Numbered from the stretch's first letter, positions 40,895 through 57,239 are shown. The stretch: 64,000 nt of DNA from Bdellovibrionales bacterium (GCA_964230645.1 CAXRHT010000003.1:64001-128000); one strand, 5' to 3'. Translations and numbers: made by a program. Notes: generated from the letters alone by a model not told the origin.

Positions 40895-41530
40895 CTAGAT
40901 TCTTTTGCATTCAATTATGAAGCGCTCACCCTCACTATTGGGAAGAGAATAGTTTCCAAATAAATCCACTTCCCAGTATTCGAAAACCTGAGGGGGAGCA
41001 GAACTCAATTCCGTAGACCAGTAATCCCCTTTGAATAGGAAAGCTCTACCACCAGTAGGCATACGTTTTCGGGCTTCTAAAAGAAACTTTGGAATAGGGG
41101 CCATCGCTCGGCTAATAACTTGGCTGCAGGAATCATCGGCGAGCTGAGATAGATCTTTGTCGATAACTTCTACATTGGTAAGTTCTAGTTCATCAAAAGC
41201 AATTTTAAGAAATTCAGCTTTTCTGAGATCTCTTTCAACTAAATAAAAATCCAACTCTGGATACAAAATCGCTCCAACGATTCCTGGTAGACCATTACCT
41301 GAGCCAAAGTCAAACGCAGGAACATCTGAATTAAGCTCTTTACGAATTAACTCAAGGGCCTGCACACAGTCAGAGATATGCTTTGAGCCTAAGCGCGAAA
41401 TGGTATTTTTAGAGAGTAAATTAAGTTTCGAATTGTACTGCACGAGAAGCTTACAGTAGTCGGAAAGTTTCTCAACTTCAGCTTCAGATTGATCTGGCAA
41501 CAACTCGTCTAAGTTGCTGTAATCACTCAT
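40895..41530 (-). CDS. rsmG: 16S rRNA m7G527 methyltransferase RsmG (GidB)
   Basis: N..LNL, HISD, DFGSGNGLPGI, SRA motifs; follows mnmG. Confidence 0.93.
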   Translation of the reverse strand: MSDYSNLDELLPDQSEAEVEKLSDYCKLLVQYNSKLNLLSKNTISRLGSKHISDCVQALELIRKELNSDVPAFDFGSGNGLPGIVGAILYPELDFYLVERDLRKAEFLKIAFDELELTNVEVIDKDLSQLADDSCSQVISRAMAPIPKFLLEARKRMPTGGRAFLFKGDYWSTELSSAPPQVFEYWEVDLFGNYSLPNSEGERFIIECKRI

Positions 41531-43387
41531 TTATTGCCTCCTAGTAAACATTAGGATGGCTTGAATTGCAGAGGGGTTCACTCCACTTATTCTTTGCGCC
41601 TGGGCGATATTAACTGGCCTCACTTTAGATAATTTTTCCATTTCCTCTCTGGAAAGGCCTTTAATTTTTGTGTAGTCAATATGTGGATCTAGCTTCATAT
41701 TCTCCAAACGTTTTGTTTGCCTTATAAATTCGTTCTGCCGATCGATATATCCACTGTACTTAACCCGGATCTCGACAGGCTCTAGCACGGCTTTTTCTTT
41801 TGGAAGATTTTGATCAAAAACCTCCAGATCCTCTATCTTTACCTCAGAACGGCGGAGTAAGTCAGTAAGCAGTATCTGTTTATTAATGGGCTTGGTTCCC
41901 ATACTCTCTAATGTATTAAGACAGTCTTCTGTCGGACTAATTTTGAAGTCAGAAAGTTGTTTAAATAGTGTCTCTCTATTTTCTAAAAGGACCTCTGCTT
42001 TTACTATATGTTCGGGAACCAATAAACCGAAAGCTTTGGCTTTGAAGTGTAACCTCTCCAAATTATTATCTTCCCTCAAAACTAATCGATGCTCGGCTCT
42101 AGATGTAAACATTCGATAGGGCTCATTGGTCCCTTTTGTAACAAGATCATCAATTAAAACCCCAATATAAGCCTCATCCCTTTGGAGTATGAAACTTTCC
42201 TCTCCTAAAACCTTTGCAGCAGCGTTGGCACCGGCGACAAGGCCCTGCCCACCAGCTTCTTCATAGCCACTAGTTCCATTAATCTGACCCGCTAAAAATA
42301 AATTGCTCAGTCGCTTTGTTTCCAAACTATGATTGAGCTCGGTTGGAACAATAAAGTCATACTCGACCGCGTAACCTGGCCGAATCATTTCAACATTTTC
42401 TAACCCATCAATTGTTTTCAGGAACTCTATCTGAATGTCTTCGGGAAGACTTGTTGAAATTCCTTGTAAATATATGGTGTCGTTTTCTAGCCCTTCTTGT
42501 TCTAGAAAGGTTTGATGGGAGTTCTTTTCTTTAAACCTTGAGATCTTATCTTCAATACTGGGGCAGTACCGTGGTCCCAACCCAGAAATTTGCCCAGAAA
42601 ACATTGGGGACCGATTTATATTCTTGTTTATTATCTCATGAGTTTTTTCGTTGGTATTTGTAAGGAAACAAGCTATTTGGGGAAGCCTCAATTCATTTGG
42701 GCTTTTAAAACTGAACGGATGATATTCCTTATCTCCATATTGTGGGATTGTTTTTTCCCAGTTTATTGAGGATTTTTTTAACCTTGGGGGTGTTCCTGTT
42801 TTTAGCCGAAGAACTTCAAAGCCCGTTTCTAATAGCTGATCCGAGAGTCCCACTGTGGCCTTTTCTCCGACTCGGCCCCCTTCAATTCGCTTTTCACCGA
42901 TATGTAGAACTCCATTCATAAAAGTTCCAGTAGTGATTACAACAGTTTTAGAAGTGACTCGTGATCCATCTCCAAGAACCACTCCCAAAACCTGATCACC
43001 ATCAATGATTAGAGAGGTCACATCAGACTCAAGAATGTCCAAATAAGGAAGTGCCTTCAGAAAGTCCACCATCTCTTGGCAGTAAAGATCTTTATCGCAT
43101 TGAACTCTGGTTCCCCGAACGGCAGGTCCTTTTTTCGTATTTAGTTTTTTAAATTGAATAGTCACCTTGTCAGCGACCACACCCATAGCGCCACCAAGAG
43201 CATCTATTTCTTTAACGATATGGCCTTTACCTAGACCACCAATTGAGGGATTACAGCTCATAAACCCTGACTTTGAGACATCGGATGTAACTATAAGAGT
43301 TTTCACTCCTTTTCTTGAACAGGCAGCTGCCGCTTCAATTCCGGCATGGCCAGCTCCTACAATGATGGCATCGTACTGAAAGTCCAT
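41531..43387 (-). CDS. mnmG: tRNA uridine modification enzyme MnmG (GidA)
   Basis: [42 protein letters not shown]. Confidence 0.98.
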   Translation of the reverse strand: MDFQYDAIIVGAGHAGIEAAAACSRKGVKTLIVTSDVSKSGFMSCNPSIGGLGKGHIVKEIDALGGAMGVVADKVTIQFKKLNTKKGPAVRGTRVQCDKDLYCQEMVDFLKALPYLDILESDVTSLIIDGDQVLGVVLGDGSRVTSKTVVITTGTFMNGVLHIGEKRIEGGRVGEKATVGLSDQLLETGFEVLRLKTGTPPRLKKSSINWEKTIPQYGDKEYHPFSFKSPNELRLPQIACFLTNTNEKTHEIINKNINRSPMFSGQISGLGPRYCPSIEDKISRFKEKNSHQTFLEQEGLENDTIYLQGISTSLPEDIQIEFLKTIDGLENVEMIRPGYAVEYDFIVPTELNHSLETKRLSNLFLAGQINGTSGYEEAGGQGLVAGANAAAKVLGEESFILQRDEAYIGVLIDDLVTKGTNEPYRMFTSRAEHRLVLREDNNLERLHFKAKAFGLLVPEHIVKAEVLLENRETLFKQLSDFKISPTEDCLNTLESMGTKPINKQILLTDLLRRSEVKIEDLEVFDQNLPKEKAVLEPVEIRVKYSGYIDRQNEFIRQTKRLENMKLDPHIDYTKIKGLSREEMEKLSKVRPVNIAQAQRISGVNPSAIQAILMFTRRQ

Positions 43388-43388
43388 G

Positions 43389-44777
43389 CTATTTTCCTAT
43401 GCAAAAATCGCTGAAAATTTTATCTAAAATCTCATCGTTGTATTCTTTACCTAAAAGTCCGTGGAGTTCAGAAAGACCGAGCTGTAACTCTTGAGATATC
43501 AAGTCAGGGCTTTCCTGGCTCTCCACGAGTTCAATGGCCGAAGAGATATGGTGATCGAGAGCTTTTAAATGGTCAAAATGCCTGGCTTGGGTAATCACAT
43601 CTTTCTCGATAGATGTGTTTTGTGAGATTATTTGATTTTCGATCATTGACCTCAGTTCCGCAATTCCTTCACCGGTTTTCGCAGAAACGAAACGAACCCG
43701 GTCTGAAACAGTAGCTAAATTAATGGAATCATTGAATAAGTTTTTAACGTTGGCTAACTCGCTTGGCCCCAAACGATCTCGTTTATTGACAATAGGAACA
43801 AGATTTTTTCTTTCTAAGAAATCTTTTGGAATTTCGATCTCACTGAGACCATCGATCACGTAGAGTATGAGATCAGCATGATCTAGTTGATCTAGGGTTT
43901 TCTCAATTCCTATTTTTTCAACTAAGTCCTGGGCCTGTCTTAAACCAGCAGAGTCTAAGAACTCCACTAAGAAGTTATTAATAAACACTTTTTCTGAAAC
44001 TATGTCGCGTGTCGTTCCTTCAATATCAGTAATTATCGAACGATCACTTTCTACGAGGGCATTGAAAAGGCTCGATTTCCCGGCGTTAGTTTTTCCCAAC
44101 AAAAGAATTTTAAAAGACTTTTCCAGATTTTTACCCACATCAAAGGTGATAAGGAGTTTCTGGTTTTGCAATTCTAAGTCTTTTAGCTTTTCGTGTATTT
44201 TAGTATACTCATCAGGCTCAATATCCTCTTCTACGAAATCAATATTGGCCTCAATATGACCAAGAACGCTAATCAAACCCTCTTCCAAGAAACGAAACTT
44301 TTCCGACAAAGAGCCCGATAAATGCCCAATAAATTGGGAAGATCCCATTTGGTGTCCCGACATTACTAAACTTTGAATGGATTCGGCCTGAATTAGGTCT
44401 AAATTTCCATTATAAAATGCACGAAAGGAAAACTCTCCTCGTTCGGCTGAACGGCATCCTTGGTCTAAAAGAAGGTCAATGATTTGGTTAACAATCAAAG
44501 GATTACCATGACAGGCGATCTCAACAGTTTGATCACCAGTGAATGATTTTCCTTTTTCGAAAAATGTCATTAAACATTGATCAACTTCATTTTGATTGGA
44601 CCCAAAAACCTTAACCAACTTACAAGTGTGGCTCTTTATTGTTCCAAGATTTGAAATCCGATTAACATATTCTAGAGCCTTGTCTCCGCAAACCCGAACA
44701 ATTGCCACCCCAGCGTGACCGGGTGCTGTTATGGGAGAACAAATCGTATCAGAGACAAGGTCTACATAACGAACCAT
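43389..44777 (-). CDS. mnmE: tRNA modification GTPase MnmE (TrmE)
   Basis: [24 protein letters not shown]-terminal FCIGK. Confidence 0.97.
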   Translation of the reverse strand: MVRYVDLVSDTICSPITAPGHAGVAIVRVCGDKALEYVNRISNLGTIKSHTCKLVKVFGSNQNEVDQCLMTFFEKGKSFTGDQTVEIACHGNPLIVNQIIDLLLDQGCRSAERGEFSFRAFYNGNLDLIQAESIQSLVMSGHQMGSSQFIGHLSGSLSEKFRFLEEGLISVLGHIEANIDFVEEDIEPDEYTKIHEKLKDLELQNQKLLITFDVGKNLEKSFKILLLGKTNAGKSSLFNALVESDRSIITDIEGTTRDIVSEKVFINNFLVEFLDSAGLRQAQDLVEKIGIEKTLDQLDHADLILYVIDGLSEIEIPKDFLERKNLVPIVNKRDRLGPSELANVKNLFNDSINLATVSDRVRFVSAKTGEGIAELRSMIENQIISQNTSIEKDVITQARHFDHLKALDHHISSAIELVESQESPDLISQELQLGLSELHGLLGKEYNDEILDKIFSDFCIGK

Positions 44778-44780
44778 AGA

Positions 44781-45311
44781 TTATTGAGTGGTTTGGGCAC
44801 TATCCTTTTTGTTGGGATAGATTTTAATTTTTTTATAGAGACCATCACCAACCGAGCGGCTTCTTACCCTTTCATCATTAGCTAGAAACTGATGAATCAC
44901 TTTTCTATCTTTTGGAGGAAGAGCTCTCAGGTATACAGACTTTCCTTGGTCCAACGCACGCTTTTTTAATTTTTCTGCGAGGTTGACTAAGCTTTCGTTA
45001 GCCTTTTCTCTATAGCCATTACAATCACATGTAAGATAAACATTCGACTCCGGTTCACTGTGTTGAAGCGCTCTTTTTACAAAAAGTTGAAAGGCATCCA
45101 GAAGAGCACCATCCTTATTAGTAAAAAGCTTTTCGTCCTCTCCAAAGAACTCGATCTTTAGTACTTCTTTGTCGTTTTCTTTCTCGGTTTTGATGTCGAA
45201 AGAAATATCAAGACCTGATCTTTCAAGCACCCCTTCTACGATATTATTTGCGAGCTCTTTTGATCCACTGTTGGTTTCTTTTCCACCGAATATTTTTGTG
45301 AACAAACCCAT
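44781..45311 (-). CDS. jag: Jag/KhpB RNA-binding protein (KH-like + R3H), short form
   Basis: RKVIH R3H motif, RSRSVGDG; between yidC and mnmE. Confidence 0.85.
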   Translation of the reverse strand: MGLFTKIFGGKETNSGSKELANNIVEGVLERSGLDISFDIKTEKENDKEVLKIEFFGEDEKLFTNKDGALLDAFQLFVKRALQHSEPESNVYLTCDCNGYREKANESLVNLAEKLKKRALDQGKSVYLRALPPKDRKVIHQFLANDERVRSRSVGDGLYKKIKIYPNKKDSAQTTQ

Positions 45312-45322
45312 GAACTACCTCC

Positions 45323-46927
45323 TTATGCAGCAGCTTTCCGCTTTTCTCTTTGAAAAATAAATTGTTGTCCAATCCCAAAAACCGTATTCACGAAGAAGTA
45401 CAAGGTGAGGCCACTGGGAACTGTAATCATAAAAAAACAAAATAATAAAGGTATAAACTTCATAACCTTAGCTTGAGCCGGATCCATTGGTGTCGGTGAC
45501 AAGCTCATTTGAACGAAATAGAGTGCACCGACGGCTACTGGAAGAACAAAGAAAGGATCTTGATAGCTCAAATCCTGAATCCAAAAAATGAAAGGGGATT
45601 TATACAACTCAACACTTTGCCCTAACACTGAATAAAGCGCCAGGAACACAGGAAGCTGTAAAAGCATCGGTAAGCATCCACCAATAGGATTGGCTTTTTC
45701 CTGTTTCATTAGAGCCATTGTTTCCTGATTCACTCTTTGAGGATCATCTTTGTATTTTTCTTTAATTGCTTTCAACTGAGGTTGGATCTTTTGCATCTTC
45801 TTCATAGACTTATAAGAAGAGATGTTAATTGGAAGCAACAGCATCCTAATAAAGACTGTTAGTAATATAATAGCTAAGCCCCAATTACTGAGAAGCCCAT
45901 AAAGCCATTTAAGCATTCGTAAAATAGGCTTACTAAGAATACTAAACATTCCATAGTCGATAAGTTCTACGAATTGTGGCCCCAGAGTTTTAAGAATGTC
46001 GTACTGCTTTGGTCCAATAAAACCTTTATATTGAATATTGGTTTTTCCACCTTGGCCAAGAGTTTCATGAAATAAACTTGCATATGCCACTTCTTCTGAA
46101 GGATCAAAATAAACTCGCGACTGGGGCATTAAATCTGATTCATCTCGTAAAGCAATCGCAAAATACTGAGTTCCCACAGAGGACATCGTGGTCTTTTTAA
46201 AAGATTCAGAATACTTGGTATCTATATCGATACGCTCCCGCTCTTCCGAACCATCAGTAATAGTAAAGAATTCCGTGCCTTCATAAGCAGGGGTAAACAT
46301 AGAGGTTTTTATTTTTAAAACCTTGTTTGATAGTTGTGTTTCTAATTTTTCTGCAGGTAAGGGATTTCCACTGACAGTGACGACGGAAACATCCAGTGTA
46401 TAATTCTGTGGATTTATCCGAATTTCTTTTTGTATTGTTTGTTCTCCAACCTGAGCACGGCCCACAAAATGGTCTTTCGCCTTTTTTTCCACAGAAAAAT
46501 AAACAGGTTCATTGTTATAAAGTGTCGCAAAGTTTCCAATGTCTTTTGTGTGATTGTGGAAACGTATGTTGTTTTCGTCACGATCAGAATAATTTTTCAA
46601 GACAACTTGCTTTAAACTCATTCCTTTAGAACTTAGAGAGGCCTGAAAATTTTCATTGTCGATATCGAAAAGGTGTTCAGACTGATTCACTGAGTTTTCC
46701 ACAGATTTCTGGGAATTTTTTTCTACTTCTGATCGGGTTGCTTCTGTTGAATCCTCTTTTTCTTGAATCGCCGCTTTGTTGTTTGCTTTAGCAACTTGCT
46801 CTTTTTTAGGTTCTTGAGCCTCTGGGTATTTTTTGGAAACGTAATACTGCCATCCCACAAAAAACAAGATCGAAAGAGCGATCGCTAAAATAGTATTTTT
46901 ATCCATAAAATTATTATTATCGTCCAT
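45323..46927 (-). CDS. yidC: Membrane protein insertase YidC
   Basis: N-terminal TM, periplasmic domain, [18 protein letters not shown]. Confidence 0.96.
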   Translation of the reverse strand: MDDNNNFMDKNTILAIALSILFFVGWQYYVSKKYPEAQEPKKEQVAKANNKAAIQEKEDSTEATRSEVEKNSQKSVENSVNQSEHLFDIDNENFQASLSSKGMSLKQVVLKNYSDRDENNIRFHNHTKDIGNFATLYNNEPVYFSVEKKAKDHFVGRAQVGEQTIQKEIRINPQNYTLDVSVVTVSGNPLPAEKLETQLSNKVLKIKTSMFTPAYEGTEFFTITDGSEERERIDIDTKYSESFKKTTMSSVGTQYFAIALRDESDLMPQSRVYFDPSEEVAYASLFHETLGQGGKTNIQYKGFIGPKQYDILKTLGPQFVELIDYGMFSILSKPILRMLKWLYGLLSNWGLAIILLTVFIRMLLLPINISSYKSMKKMQKIQPQLKAIKEKYKDDPQRVNQETMALMKQEKANPIGGCLPMLLQLPVFLALYSVLGQSVELYKSPFIFWIQDLSYQDPFFVLPVAVGALYFVQMSLSPTPMDPAQAKVMKFIPLLFCFFMITVPSGLTLYFFVNTVFGIGQQFIFQREKRKAAA

Positions 46928-47141
46928 AAGGCTCTACAACTTTCGGTGGCAAAGGATCAACACCACCACGACTAAAAGGATGACAACGTAAAACTCTCCA
47001 CAAAGTTAAACCAAAAGCTTTGAGGAAGTTATGCTCTAGAAAAGCTTGTTTTGCATAGGATGAACAGCTTGGATGAAATTTACAGGAATATCCTAACTGT
47101 GGCTGAAAAAATAACTGATAAAAATTATAGCTAGTTTGCAT
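46917..47141 (-). CDS. yidD: Membrane protein insertion efficiency factor YidD
   Basis: [10 protein letters not shown]...[15 protein letters not shown]; start trimmed to MQTSY. Confidence 0.9.
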   Translation of the reverse strand: MQTSYNFYQLFFQPQLGYSCKFHPSCSSYAKQAFLEHNFLKAFGLTLWRVLRCHPFSRGGVDPLPPKVVEPYGR

Positions 47142-47472
47142 CGACAGTTGTGTCGATCTTTTTAAAACACTTTTTAAAGGCTTTATCGAACTCTTCACGA
47201 GTGAGGTTTTTGTAAAAGTCTTTCTTTTTGTTCTTAAAGATAAAGTTGATATCGATTTCATGGTTTTCGAACTCACAAATACAGTCTCTTCCCCATCGCT
47301 TCAATCGGTTTCGAGTGACGGCGTTTCCTGCTTTTTTTGAAACAGTCCAAGCCCATCGAATGGTCTTTTCTTCGTTTTTATTGTGACTGACAGCAAGCCA
47401 ATGGGTGGCGTGAAAAAAACGCCCTTCTTTCTTTAATTTTAAGAAGTCCCTTTGGCTTTTAAGGGAAGGCAA
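47131..47472 (-). CDS. rnpA: Ribonuclease P protein component
   Basis: [16 protein letters not shown] (RNR motif); TTG start. Confidence 0.93.
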   Translation of the reverse strand: MPSLKSQRDFLKLKKEGRFFHATHWLAVSHNKNEEKTIRWAWTVSKKAGNAVTRNRLKRWGRDCICEFENHEIDINFIFKNKKKDFYKNLTREEFDKAFKKCFKKIDTTVDAN

Positions 47473-47474
47473 CC

Positions 47475-47624
47475 TTATTTCCCGCTAATTGATACGGCTA
47501 AACGTTTGCGACCTTTAGCTCTACGACGGGAAATAACATCACGTCCACTTTTAGTAGCCATACGTGAGCGAAATCCATGAGTGGTTTTTCTACGTTTTCT
47601 CTTCGGTTGGTAAGTTCTTTTCAT
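47475..47624 (-). CDS. rpmH: 50S ribosomal protein L34 (absent from ORF track)
   Basis: Manual translation: [49 protein letters not shown]. Confidence 0.97.
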   Translation of the reverse strand: MKRTYQPKRKRRKTTHGFRSRMATKSGRDVISRRRAKGRKRLAVSISGK

Positions 47625-47785
47625 TTCATACCTCGTTACGACCTAAATGTACGTCTATCTTGAAGTTTCTGGAAAGGCCGTTTAAACCATAAAGCGTTAT
47701 AAACGTCAAGCTGTTGAATCTCTGGGCATGAATTGCTATGAGATGTGGAAATCTGAATTTTTTTCAGTGTATTGGGGACCTTAAC

Positions 47786-49216
47786 GTGCAAGAAAAAAAA
47801 GAACAATTCTGGGGACTTGTGAAGTCCAACCTGACCGAAAAGAACTCCGGTAACAAACTCTTACAAACGTGGTTTGAACCGACGGATCTGCTAGATATCG
47901 AGAATGTCTCGGGAAAGCCTCAGAGGTTTAAACTCGGAGTTCCTACCGAGCTTCATAAGTATTGGATATCAGAGAACTTATTTGATCGAATTTGCTCAGA
48001 AATTTCCTGCCTGATCCAAAATCCTTTCGAGGTGGAACTCGTTGTAACAGGAAAGCCCTTGGCTGTAGACCCAGAAAGTCCGACGGCTCTTCACCAGGCA
48101 ATGTCCACCAACGAGTCGGTGCAAGATGCCGCTCCTGAGCCCCAGGTGCAGCAAAGTGTGTACGTAAAACCACAGTCTAAGCAGTCTGATTTTTTAAATT
48201 CTGAGTATACTTTTTCTACTTTTGTGGTGGGACGCAACAATGAATTTGCCCATGCGACTTCCTACCGAATCGCACAAAGGCCAGGATCTGAAGGGTACAA
48301 CCCTCTTTTTATTTGTGGACCCACTGGTATGGGTAAAACCCACCTTCTCCATGCCGTTGGTAATCATATAAAAGAGAATCTTCCCCATCTAAAGATTTCC
48401 TATATTTCTGCGGAACGCTTTTTAAATGAGTGTATCTCTAGTATTCGCCGAGGGGAAATGGATAAGTTCCGTCTACGCTACCGGGAAAAATGTGACCTGT
48501 TATTAATGGATGACATTCAAGTTTTAGGTAAGGGGGAAGCTGTCCAAGAGGAGTTCTTTCACACTCTTAATGACTTTTTTGAAAAAGGCCATCAAGTGGT
48601 TGTTGCGAGTGATCGTATGCCAAAAGACATAAAAGGACTCGAAGACCGTATACGCACCCGCTTAGAATGGGGGCTTATCGCTGATATTCAGATGCCAGAG
48701 TTTGAGACAAGACTTGCTATTCTTCGTTATAAGGCTGAGAAAAAAATGATTCCTATTTCAAACGAAGTGGCCACCTATATCGCAAAAATATCGAAGAGGT
48801 CCATTAGGGAGCTTGAAGGAAATCTTAATAAAGTAAAAATGTTCTCGGAACTTCAGGGGCTGCAGATCAATCTAGATCTCACTAAAAAAGTTTTGGCCGT
48901 CCATGACGAAACAACAACCATGACGATTGAAGACATTCAGAAACTAGCGGCCGAGCACTTTAAGGTTCGAGTGGTAGACCTTAAATCTAAAAACAGAAGC
49001 AAACCTCTGTTACTAGCTCGTCAACTCTCTATGTATTTGATTAAAAATAATCTTGAAAAATCACTCGTTGAAATCGGACGAGCCTTCGGTGGAAGAGATC
49101 ATACAACTGTTTTAAATGCTTTGCGTAAAATAGAAAAAGAACTGTCTAAAAATTCCGATTTAAAGAAAGATTTCGAGGACTTACAAAACAGAATCCACAA
49201 TATCACAGGGGTGTGA
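47786..49216 (+). CDS. dnaA: Chromosomal replication initiator DnaA
   Basis: YNPLFICGPTGMGKTHL, QEEFFHT, FGGRDHTTV; GTG start after GGGGA chosen (ORF open from 47738). Confidence 0.97.
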   Translation: MQEKKEQFWGLVKSNLTEKNSGNKLLQTWFEPTDLLDIENVSGKPQRFKLGVPTELHKYWISENLFDRICSEISCLIQNPFEVELVVTGKPLAVDPESPTALHQAMSTNESVQDAAPEPQVQQSVYVKPQSKQSDFLNSEYTFSTFVVGRNNEFAHATSYRIAQRPGSEGYNPLFICGPTGMGKTHLLHAVGNHIKENLPHLKISYISAERFLNECISSIRRGEMDKFRLRYREKCDLLLMDDIQVLGKGEAVQEEFFHTLNDFFEKGHQVVVASDRMPKDIKGLEDRIRTRLEWGLIADIQMPEFETRLAILRYKAEKKMIPISNEVATYIAKISKRSIRELEGNLNKVKMFSELQGLQINLDLTKKVLAVHDETTTMTIEDIQKLAAEHFKVRVVDLKSKNRSKPLLLARQLSMYLIKNNLEKSLVEIGRAFGGRDHTTVLNALRKIEKELSKNSDLKKDFEDLQNRIHNITGV

Positions 49217-49410
49217 ATTGTGTATGTGGATAAAGCTGTGGGTAAAAGGTTGAATAAAATCTGGACAATTTTTATCCACATTTTTTTTAAATTTAGAAGG
49301 CGGTTTTTAGAAAAATTAATCCACAGAGATTTTTCAGGTTTATTAAACACTTAAGGAGATTTTCGAGATTTTAACAGGGCCTACTACTACTACTAGTTTA
49401 AAAATTAATA
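49191..49410. other. oriC: Replication origin oriC
   Basis: Perfect DnaA boxes at 49225-49233 (TGTGGATAA) and 49272-49280 (TTATCCACA); near-boxes at 49191, 49237, 49317; GGGC then (CTA)5 DnaA-trios at 49381-49395 and an AT-rich tract; located between dnaA and dnaN. Confidence 0.9.
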
Positions 49411-49514
49411 GGGGTAGTTAATAAAAAAGGGGCAATAAAAAATAAAAATTTCTCAGAGACAATTTCAACGAGGACCGGTAGTATTCATCCGTCCTGTCAT
49501 TCAAGGGGAGTGAA

Positions 49515-50629
49515 ATGAAAATTAACGTCGATAAAAAAGATTTGGTGGCACTGCTAAGTAAAACCCAGAACATCGTAGAAAAAAGAAATACGATGCCCAT
49601 TCTCATCAACATCCTCCTGAACGCAGAGAACAACAAACTTCAAGTTTTCGCTACCGACTTGGAAGTGAGTTTGACCGACGAAGTGGAGGTCGAAATCAAT
49701 GAAGAAGGTAAAATTGCCGTCAATGCTAAAAACCTTTTTGAAATTGTGAAAGAGCTTGGTGAGGGTCCGATTACCCTAGAAACAAAAGCCAATAATCGCC
49801 TGCAAATAAATCAAAATAAATCTGTGTTTAACATTGTGGGAATCTCTCCTGAGGAATACCCAGTTTTTCCCACATTCAAAACCAATGATTTTATTGAAGT
49901 GGATTCAAAAGTTATTTTGGATATGATCGAAAGAACGATTTACAGTGTTTCAAACGACGAGACTCGTTACCACCTCAATGGCGTTTATTTTGAAAAAAAG
50001 TCTACCGATGGAAGAACCCAATTTCGTATGGTCGCAACTGATGGCCACCGACTGAGTTTGGTGGATCGCTTTACCACCGATGAAACTGCAAACATAATTA
50101 ACTCAGGGGTAATTATTCCTCGTAAGGGATTAGCCGAGGTTAAAAAGATTATTGATTTCAGTGAAGAGCCTATCCATATGGCTGTTGAGGGATCCCAGTT
50201 GATTGTGAAAACTGGAACCACCGTGTTAATGGTTCGACTCATCGAAGGTAAATATCCGAATTATCAACAGCTTATTCCTAGTAATTTAAAGAAGACAGCA
50301 TCTATTAGCCGAGAATCTCTTTTAAGCTCGATTAAACGAGTTTCACTATTGTCCAATCAAAAATCAAAAGGGGTCACCATCGCTCTAGCAAAAGGAAAAA
50401 TGGAGATTAGCTCTAACAATCCAGAACTTGGTGATGCTAAAGAGGAAATTGATGTGGATTACTCTGGGGAAGACCTGAAAATAGGATTCAATGCTAAATA
50501 TATTCTCGATATTCTCAATAGTTTCAGTGATGAAAAGTTAAGTTTAGAGTTGGATGGTCAATTATCTCCTGGTTTGATCCGCCCTGAAAACGACACGGAT
50601 TATACCTGTGTTGTGATGCCTATGCGTAT

Positions 50630-50633
<4 letters not shown>
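49515..50633 (+). CDS. dnaN: DNA polymerase III beta sliding clamp
   Basis: ATDLEV, VATDGHRL, IGFNAKY, VVMPMRI. Confidence 0.97.
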
Positions 50634-54215
<3,582 letters not shown>

Positions 54216-54223
54216 GACGATTT

Positions 54224-56698
54224 ATGAGCGAAGAATTTAGAGAAAACATTACACAGATCGATATCAATAAAGAAATGAAAGAGGCTTATTTACAATACTC
54301 TATGAGTGTCATTGTGGGCCGAGCTCTTCCTGATATTCGAGATGGTTTAAAACCAGTACATCGCAGAATTTTATTCGCAATGCACGATTTGCGTAACACG
54401 CACGACAAACCCTATAAAAAATCGGCTCGTGTTGTCGGAGATGTCATAGGTAAATATCATCCCCATGGTGATACAGCGGCTTACGATACTATGGTTCGTA
54501 TGGCTCAAGACTTTTCATTGCGTTATCCTTTGGTTGATGGTCAAGGAAACTTTGGGTCGATTGACGGTGATAGTCCTGCGGCTCAACGTTACACCGAAGT
54601 TAGAATGACAAAGCTAGCGGAAGCCCTTTTAGAAGATATTGAAAAAGAGACAGTTCCTTTTCAACCAAACTATGACGACTCACTTTTTGTTCCTTCGGTT
54701 CTACCTTCTAAATTTCCCAACTTGTTGGTGAATGGCTCCTCGGGAATTGCTGTGGGTATGGCAACCAATATACCGCCTCATAATTTAGGGGAAGTTATTG
54801 ATGGTTGTGTGGCCCTTATCGAAAATCCGCAACTTTCTTTGGATGAACTGATCGAAATTATACCAGGACCAGATTTTCCAACAGCGGGAATTATCACGGG
54901 TCGCCAAGGAATCCTTAAGGCCTACAAAAAAGGTCATGGAATTATCAAAGTAAAAGCGGTCTCAGAAATTATTCAAAAGAAAAATGATAAAGAAGAGATC
55001 CATATTACAGAATTGCCTTACCAAGTGAATAAGGCTCGTTTGATAGAAAGCATCGCTGATCTTGTACGTGATAAAAAAGTTGAAGGAATTTCTGATATCC
55101 GAGATGAATCCAGCCGAGAGGGAATGCAGATTGTTATCGTTTTAAAGAAAAACGAAAATGCTAACGTGATTCTCAATAGGCTTTATAAATACACCCAGAT
55201 GCAAGTCAGTTTTGGTATTCGAATGCTAGCACTTGATGCTCGAAACCAACCACAAACATTTGATTTAAAAAGTGCATTACAAGCTTTCATTCAACATAGA
55301 AAAGACATTGTTACAAAACGCTGTCTCTATGACTTAAAGAAAGCGGAAGCCAGAGCTCATATATTAGAGGGATTACAGAAAGCTCTGGATAATATCGATG
55401 AAATTGTTGCAACTATTCGTGCTTCCAAAGAAACTGCTGATGCTCGTGTTGCGTTGATGGATAAGTTTGAGTTTACCGAAAGACAAGCTCAAGCCATTTT
55501 AGACATGAAGCTCTCTCGCTTAACAGGATTAGAAAAACAAAAAATCATTGATGAGCTTGTGGAGTTACGTGAAAAAATTGAATGGCTAAGAGCTGTATTA
55601 AAAGATGTCACAAAAATTTATGCCATTATCAAAGAAGAGCTAATCGAAATTAAGACAAAATACTCTGATGAGAGAAGGTCGCAAATTTCCTTGGAAGATG
55701 AGGAGATTGATGATGAAGACCTTATCGCTCAAGAGACAATGGTCGTAACTCTTACGCAAGCAGGTTACATAAAGCGAATTCCTTTGGAGCAATATAAAAA
55801 GCAAAAACGTGGTGGAAAAGGTGTAAAAGGTTCAGCTCGTGAAGAGGATTTTGTTACCACAATTTTTGTAGCAGAAACGAAAACGACCTTACTTGTGTTC
55901 ACAGACAAAGGAAAAGTCTATTGGACGAAAGTTCATAAACTGCCTTTGGGAAGCCGAACCTCTAAAGGTAAAGCTGTTGTGAATGTAATAGATATCAATA
56001 AAGAAACAGTACAGGCTGTGCTACCTGTTACCGAATTTCAAGATGATAAGTTTGTTGTTATGGTCACTAAAGATGGAGTTATTAAGAAAACACCGCTCAG
56101 CGCTTTTTCTAAACCTCGTCCTTCAGGAATCATAGCCTTAACCACAAAATTAGATGACGAACTTCTTCAGGCTAAAATAAGTGACGGTAAATGTGATCTT
56201 CTGGCTGTGACGGAAAATGGCCAATCCATTCGGTTTGATGAAGGTGATGTTCGAGCTATGGGAAGAACAGCCCGAGGCGTAAAGGCGATCAGCTTAGCTA
56301 AAGGCGATCATGTTGTTGGCCTTGAGGTTCTACCGAAGGACTCCAAGCTTGATCTGATGATATGTACCTCAGGTGGTTATGGAAAACGTGTTCCAATTAG
56401 TGACTATCGCACACAAGGTCGGGGCGGTTCGGGTATTATAACTCAAAAATCCACAGAGAAACTGGGGAAGGTCGTAACAGCCCGAGGTGTAATAGACACA
56501 GATGATATCGTTATTACGACCGACCAGGGACAAACCATCCGAATGTCATGTAATGACGTCTCTCAAATGAGTCGAAACACCCAAGGTGTTCGTTTAATTT
56601 CACTAAAATCAAACGAATATGTTACTGGAGTTGCCCTCATTCACGACGAAGATGAAGAGGATGGCCCAGTGGGTAGTGCTCCCATCGATTCAAACTAA
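54224..56698 (+). CDS. gyrA: DNA gyrase subunit A
   Basis: [15 protein letters not shown] catalytic Tyr, GyrA-box QKRGGKG, C-terminal pinwheel repeats. Confidence 0.98.
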   Translation: MSEEFRENITQIDINKEMKEAYLQYSMSVIVGRALPDIRDGLKPVHRRILFAMHDLRNTHDKPYKKSARVVGDVIGKYHPHGDTAAYDTMVRMAQDFSLRYPLVDGQGNFGSIDGDSPAAQRYTEVRMTKLAEALLEDIEKETVPFQPNYDDSLFVPSVLPSKFPNLLVNGSSGIAVGMATNIPPHNLGEVIDGCVALIENPQLSLDELIEIIPGPDFPTAGIITGRQGILKAYKKGHGIIKVKAVSEIIQKKNDKEEIHITELPYQVNKARLIESIADLVRDKKVEGISDIRDESSREGMQIVIVLKKNENANVILNRLYKYTQMQVSFGIRMLALDARNQPQTFDLKSALQAFIQHRKDIVTKRCLYDLKKAEARAHILEGLQKALDNIDEIVATIRASKETADARVALMDKFEFTERQAQAILDMKLSRLTGLEKQKIIDELVELREKIEWLRAVLKDVTKIYAIIKEELIEIKTKYSDERRSQISLEDEEIDDEDLIAQETMVVTLTQAGYIKRIPLEQYKKQKRGGKGVKGSAREEDFVTTIFVAETKTTLLVFTDKGKVYWTKVHKLPLGSRTSKGKAVVNVIDINKETVQAVLPVTEFQDDKFVVMVTKDGVIKKTPLSAFSKPRPSGIIALTTKLDDELLQAKISDGKCDLLAVTENGQSIRFDEGDVRAMGRTARGVKAISLAKGDHVVGLEVLPKDSKLDLMICTSGGYGKRVPISDYRTQGRGGSGIITQKSTEKLGKVVTARGVIDTDDIVITTDQGQTIRMSCNDVSQMSRNTQGVRLISLKSNEYVTGVALIHDEDEEDGPVGSAPIDSN

Positions 56699-56704
56699 TA
56701 GCTG

Positions 56705-56896
56705 ATGGATATAAGAACTGGCCTAGCCCTGGGCCTTGAGCTTTCAGGGCTTTATGGTGCTAGCTATCTTCTTCACGAACCAATAGCCAAAAACCTCGGA
56801 TTTCAGGAAAATCTTACATTGACGATTTTGCTAGGGATCTCATTGGTGATATGGACAGCGCATGCCTATTTTTACTTCGAAAAGAGATCAAAGTAA
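56705..56896 (+). CDS. Small 2-TM protein, probable AtpZ/AtpI-type ATP synthase accessory factor
   Basis: 63 aa, two hydrophobic segments, GLEL motif; positional homolog upstream of atpI-atpB. Confidence 0.55.
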   Translation: MDIRTGLALGLELSGLYGASYLLHEPIAKNLGFQENLTLTILLGISLVIWTAHAYFYFEKRSK

Positions 56897-57230
56897 TATC
56901 ACTCTTTTCTTTGCTATTCAGGGCTTAGTTACCCTACTATTATTGGTAGCAACATATAGCGTCATTTCCCAAAACCAATTCCTCTCCTTGGCCATGGCTC
57001 AGGTTCTCGTGTGGTTTAGTTTATTGAGTTTTGCGATATTCGCATATTTGTTTTTTTTGAAAAAAAACGTTGCGTTACTCGTCGGTGTCATTGTATTCAA
57101 GTGGCCTATTTTAATTTGGTTGGTATACAAAATGACCGGTTTAATCAGTATTTCTCCGGTGTTCTTCGCACTGGGATTCATGTCCCCGATCATCGGCGCG
57201 ATTATTTGGTCATTTTTGCAGAAAGAATAG
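56862..57230 (+). CDS. atpI: 4-TM protein, probable ATP synthase protein I
   Basis: 122 aa, four TM with an intramembrane Lys (VFKW); directly upstream of atpB. Confidence 0.6.
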   Translation: MPIFTSKRDQSNITLFFAIQGLVTLLLLVATYSVISQNQFLSLAMAQVLVWFSLLSFAIFAYLFFLKKNVALLVGVIVFKWPILIWLVYKMTGLISISPVFFALGFMSPIIGAIIWSFLQKE

Positions 57231-57239
57231 GACGAAAAA

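Noticed and set aside
47142..47276. N-terminal extension of yidD in the ORF track
   Set aside because: Overlaps rnpA by more than 130 nt; the shorter start at 47141 gives a normal-sized YidD.
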